From an uncultured delta proteobacterium (GTDB lineage: Bacteria; Desulfobacterota; Desulfobaccia; Desulfobaccales; 0-14-0-80-60-11), in the NCBI GenBank assembly GCA_963812015.1, contig CAWETI010000003.1, positions 256,001 to 320,000 on the forward strand: 64,000 nt of DNA, in the 5' to 3' direction. This document shows, one piece after another, positions 63,202-64,000 of this stretch. The translations under genes and the position numbers were made by a program. How positions within the stretch are numbered: position 1 is the first letter of the stretch; each line of letters begins with the position of its first letter. Below the pieces are notes generated by a model, which saw nothing but the letters and a program-made list of their open reading frames with translations, was not told where the DNA came from and did not search any database.

Positions 63202-64000
63202 ATGATCAAAGCGATTCGCGGCATGCGGGATATTCTGCCGCCGGACACCGCCCGGTGGCAGTGGGTGGAGGCCGTGGCCCGGGAGGTTTTTGACCTCTAC
63301 GGCTACAAGGAGGTCCGCCTGCCCCTGCTCGAGCGCACCGAGCTCTTCGCCCGGTCCATCGGCGTCGAGACCGACATTGTGGCCAAGGAGATGTACACCT
63401 TCCCCGACCGCAAGGGCGAGTTCCTGACCCTCAGGCCCGAGGCCACCGCCTCGGTGCTCCGGGCCGTCCTGGAAAACCGCCTGGACAAAGGCGCCGGGGT
63501 CAAGAAATTCTATACCCTGGGGCCCATGTTCCGCTACGAGCGGCCCCAAAAGGGACGCTTTCGCCAGTTTTTTCAGATCAACTGCGAGGCCTACGGGGTG
63601 GAGGCGCCGGAACTGGACGTGGAAGTCATCCTGCTCCTCATGCATATCCTCAAACGGCTGCTGCCGGGGGAGATCCGCCTGCTCGTCAATTCCCTGGGCT
63701 GCCCCGACTGCCAGGTGAAGTTCAAGGCGGCCCTGGGGTTGTTCCTGATTAACAAAGAAGACCTGTGCGAGGACTGCCTGCGGCGCCGAACCACCAACCC
63801 CCTCAGGGTCCTGGACTGCAAGAGCGCCAACTGCCAGGCGATTTTGCAGAATGCTCCCGTGATCCGGGATTATCTCTGTCCCGATTGCGCCGCCCATTTT
63901 AGCCGGGTGCTGGAGCTGTTGGACCGGTTCAACGTGGCTTACGTGGTCCAGCCCAAGCTGGTCCGGGGTCTGGATTACTACACCCGCACCGCCTTCGAAG
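63202..64000 (+). CDS. hisS: Histidine-tRNA ligase, 3'-truncated by the window
   Basis: Manual translation: MIKAIRGMRDILP, KEMYTF, LRPEATAS, MFRYERPQKGRFRQF and LVRGLDYYT. Confidence 0.96.
   Translation, partial: MIKAIRGMRDILPPDTARWQWVEAVAREVFDLYGYKEVRLPLLERTELFARSIGVETDIVAKEMYTFPDRKGEFLTLRPEATASVLRAVLENRLDKGAGVKKFYTLGPMFRYERPQKGRFRQFFQINCEAYGVEAPELDVEVILLLMHILKRLLPGEIRLLVNSLGCPDCQVKFKAALGLFLINKEDLCEDCLRRRTTNPLRVLDCKSANCQAILQNAPVIRDYLCPDCAAHFSRVLELLDRFNVAYVVQPKLVRGLDYYTRTAFE

Overview
GC-rich bacterial chromosomal segment. Gene content (selB, TIGR03960 radical SAM, DUF3536/GH57, GSU2086-like gene beside gmhA) suggests a Desulfobacterota/deltaproteobacterium; this is inference. Most of it is housekeeping: dprA-topA-trmFO, queA-tgt-yajC, lolA, nadA, ligA, galT-glgA with a GAF kinase and response regulator, hisA, rng, selB, tatC, plsB, rplU-rpmA-obgE-proB, gmhA, hemC, sfsA, prs and a partial hisS. 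Scattered among these are AT-richer, probably acquired genes: a wHTH-TIR protein, a chimeric Phd/RHH antitoxin with a PIN toxin, an RxxxxH (HEPN-like) gene bracketed by inverted heptamer arrays, and a DUF6998-like nuclease. The most notable locus is at the right end: promoter, cobalamin riboswitch, terminator, a 39-aa CbpA-like precursor peptide and a radical SAM/SPASM maturase (CbpB-like, carrying a 1-nt frameshift). It is a candidate B12-regulated RiPP of unknown structure. Other highlights are an atypical diadenylate-cyclase-fold protein, a lone dynamin-like GTPase where secDF normally lies, and a stand-alone His-kinase DHp domain. Intergenic regions hold several nested palindromic repeat families, one copy read in frame at the start of trmFO. 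No rRNA, tRNA or CRISPR array was seen. All family assignments come from motif recognition, not database searches.
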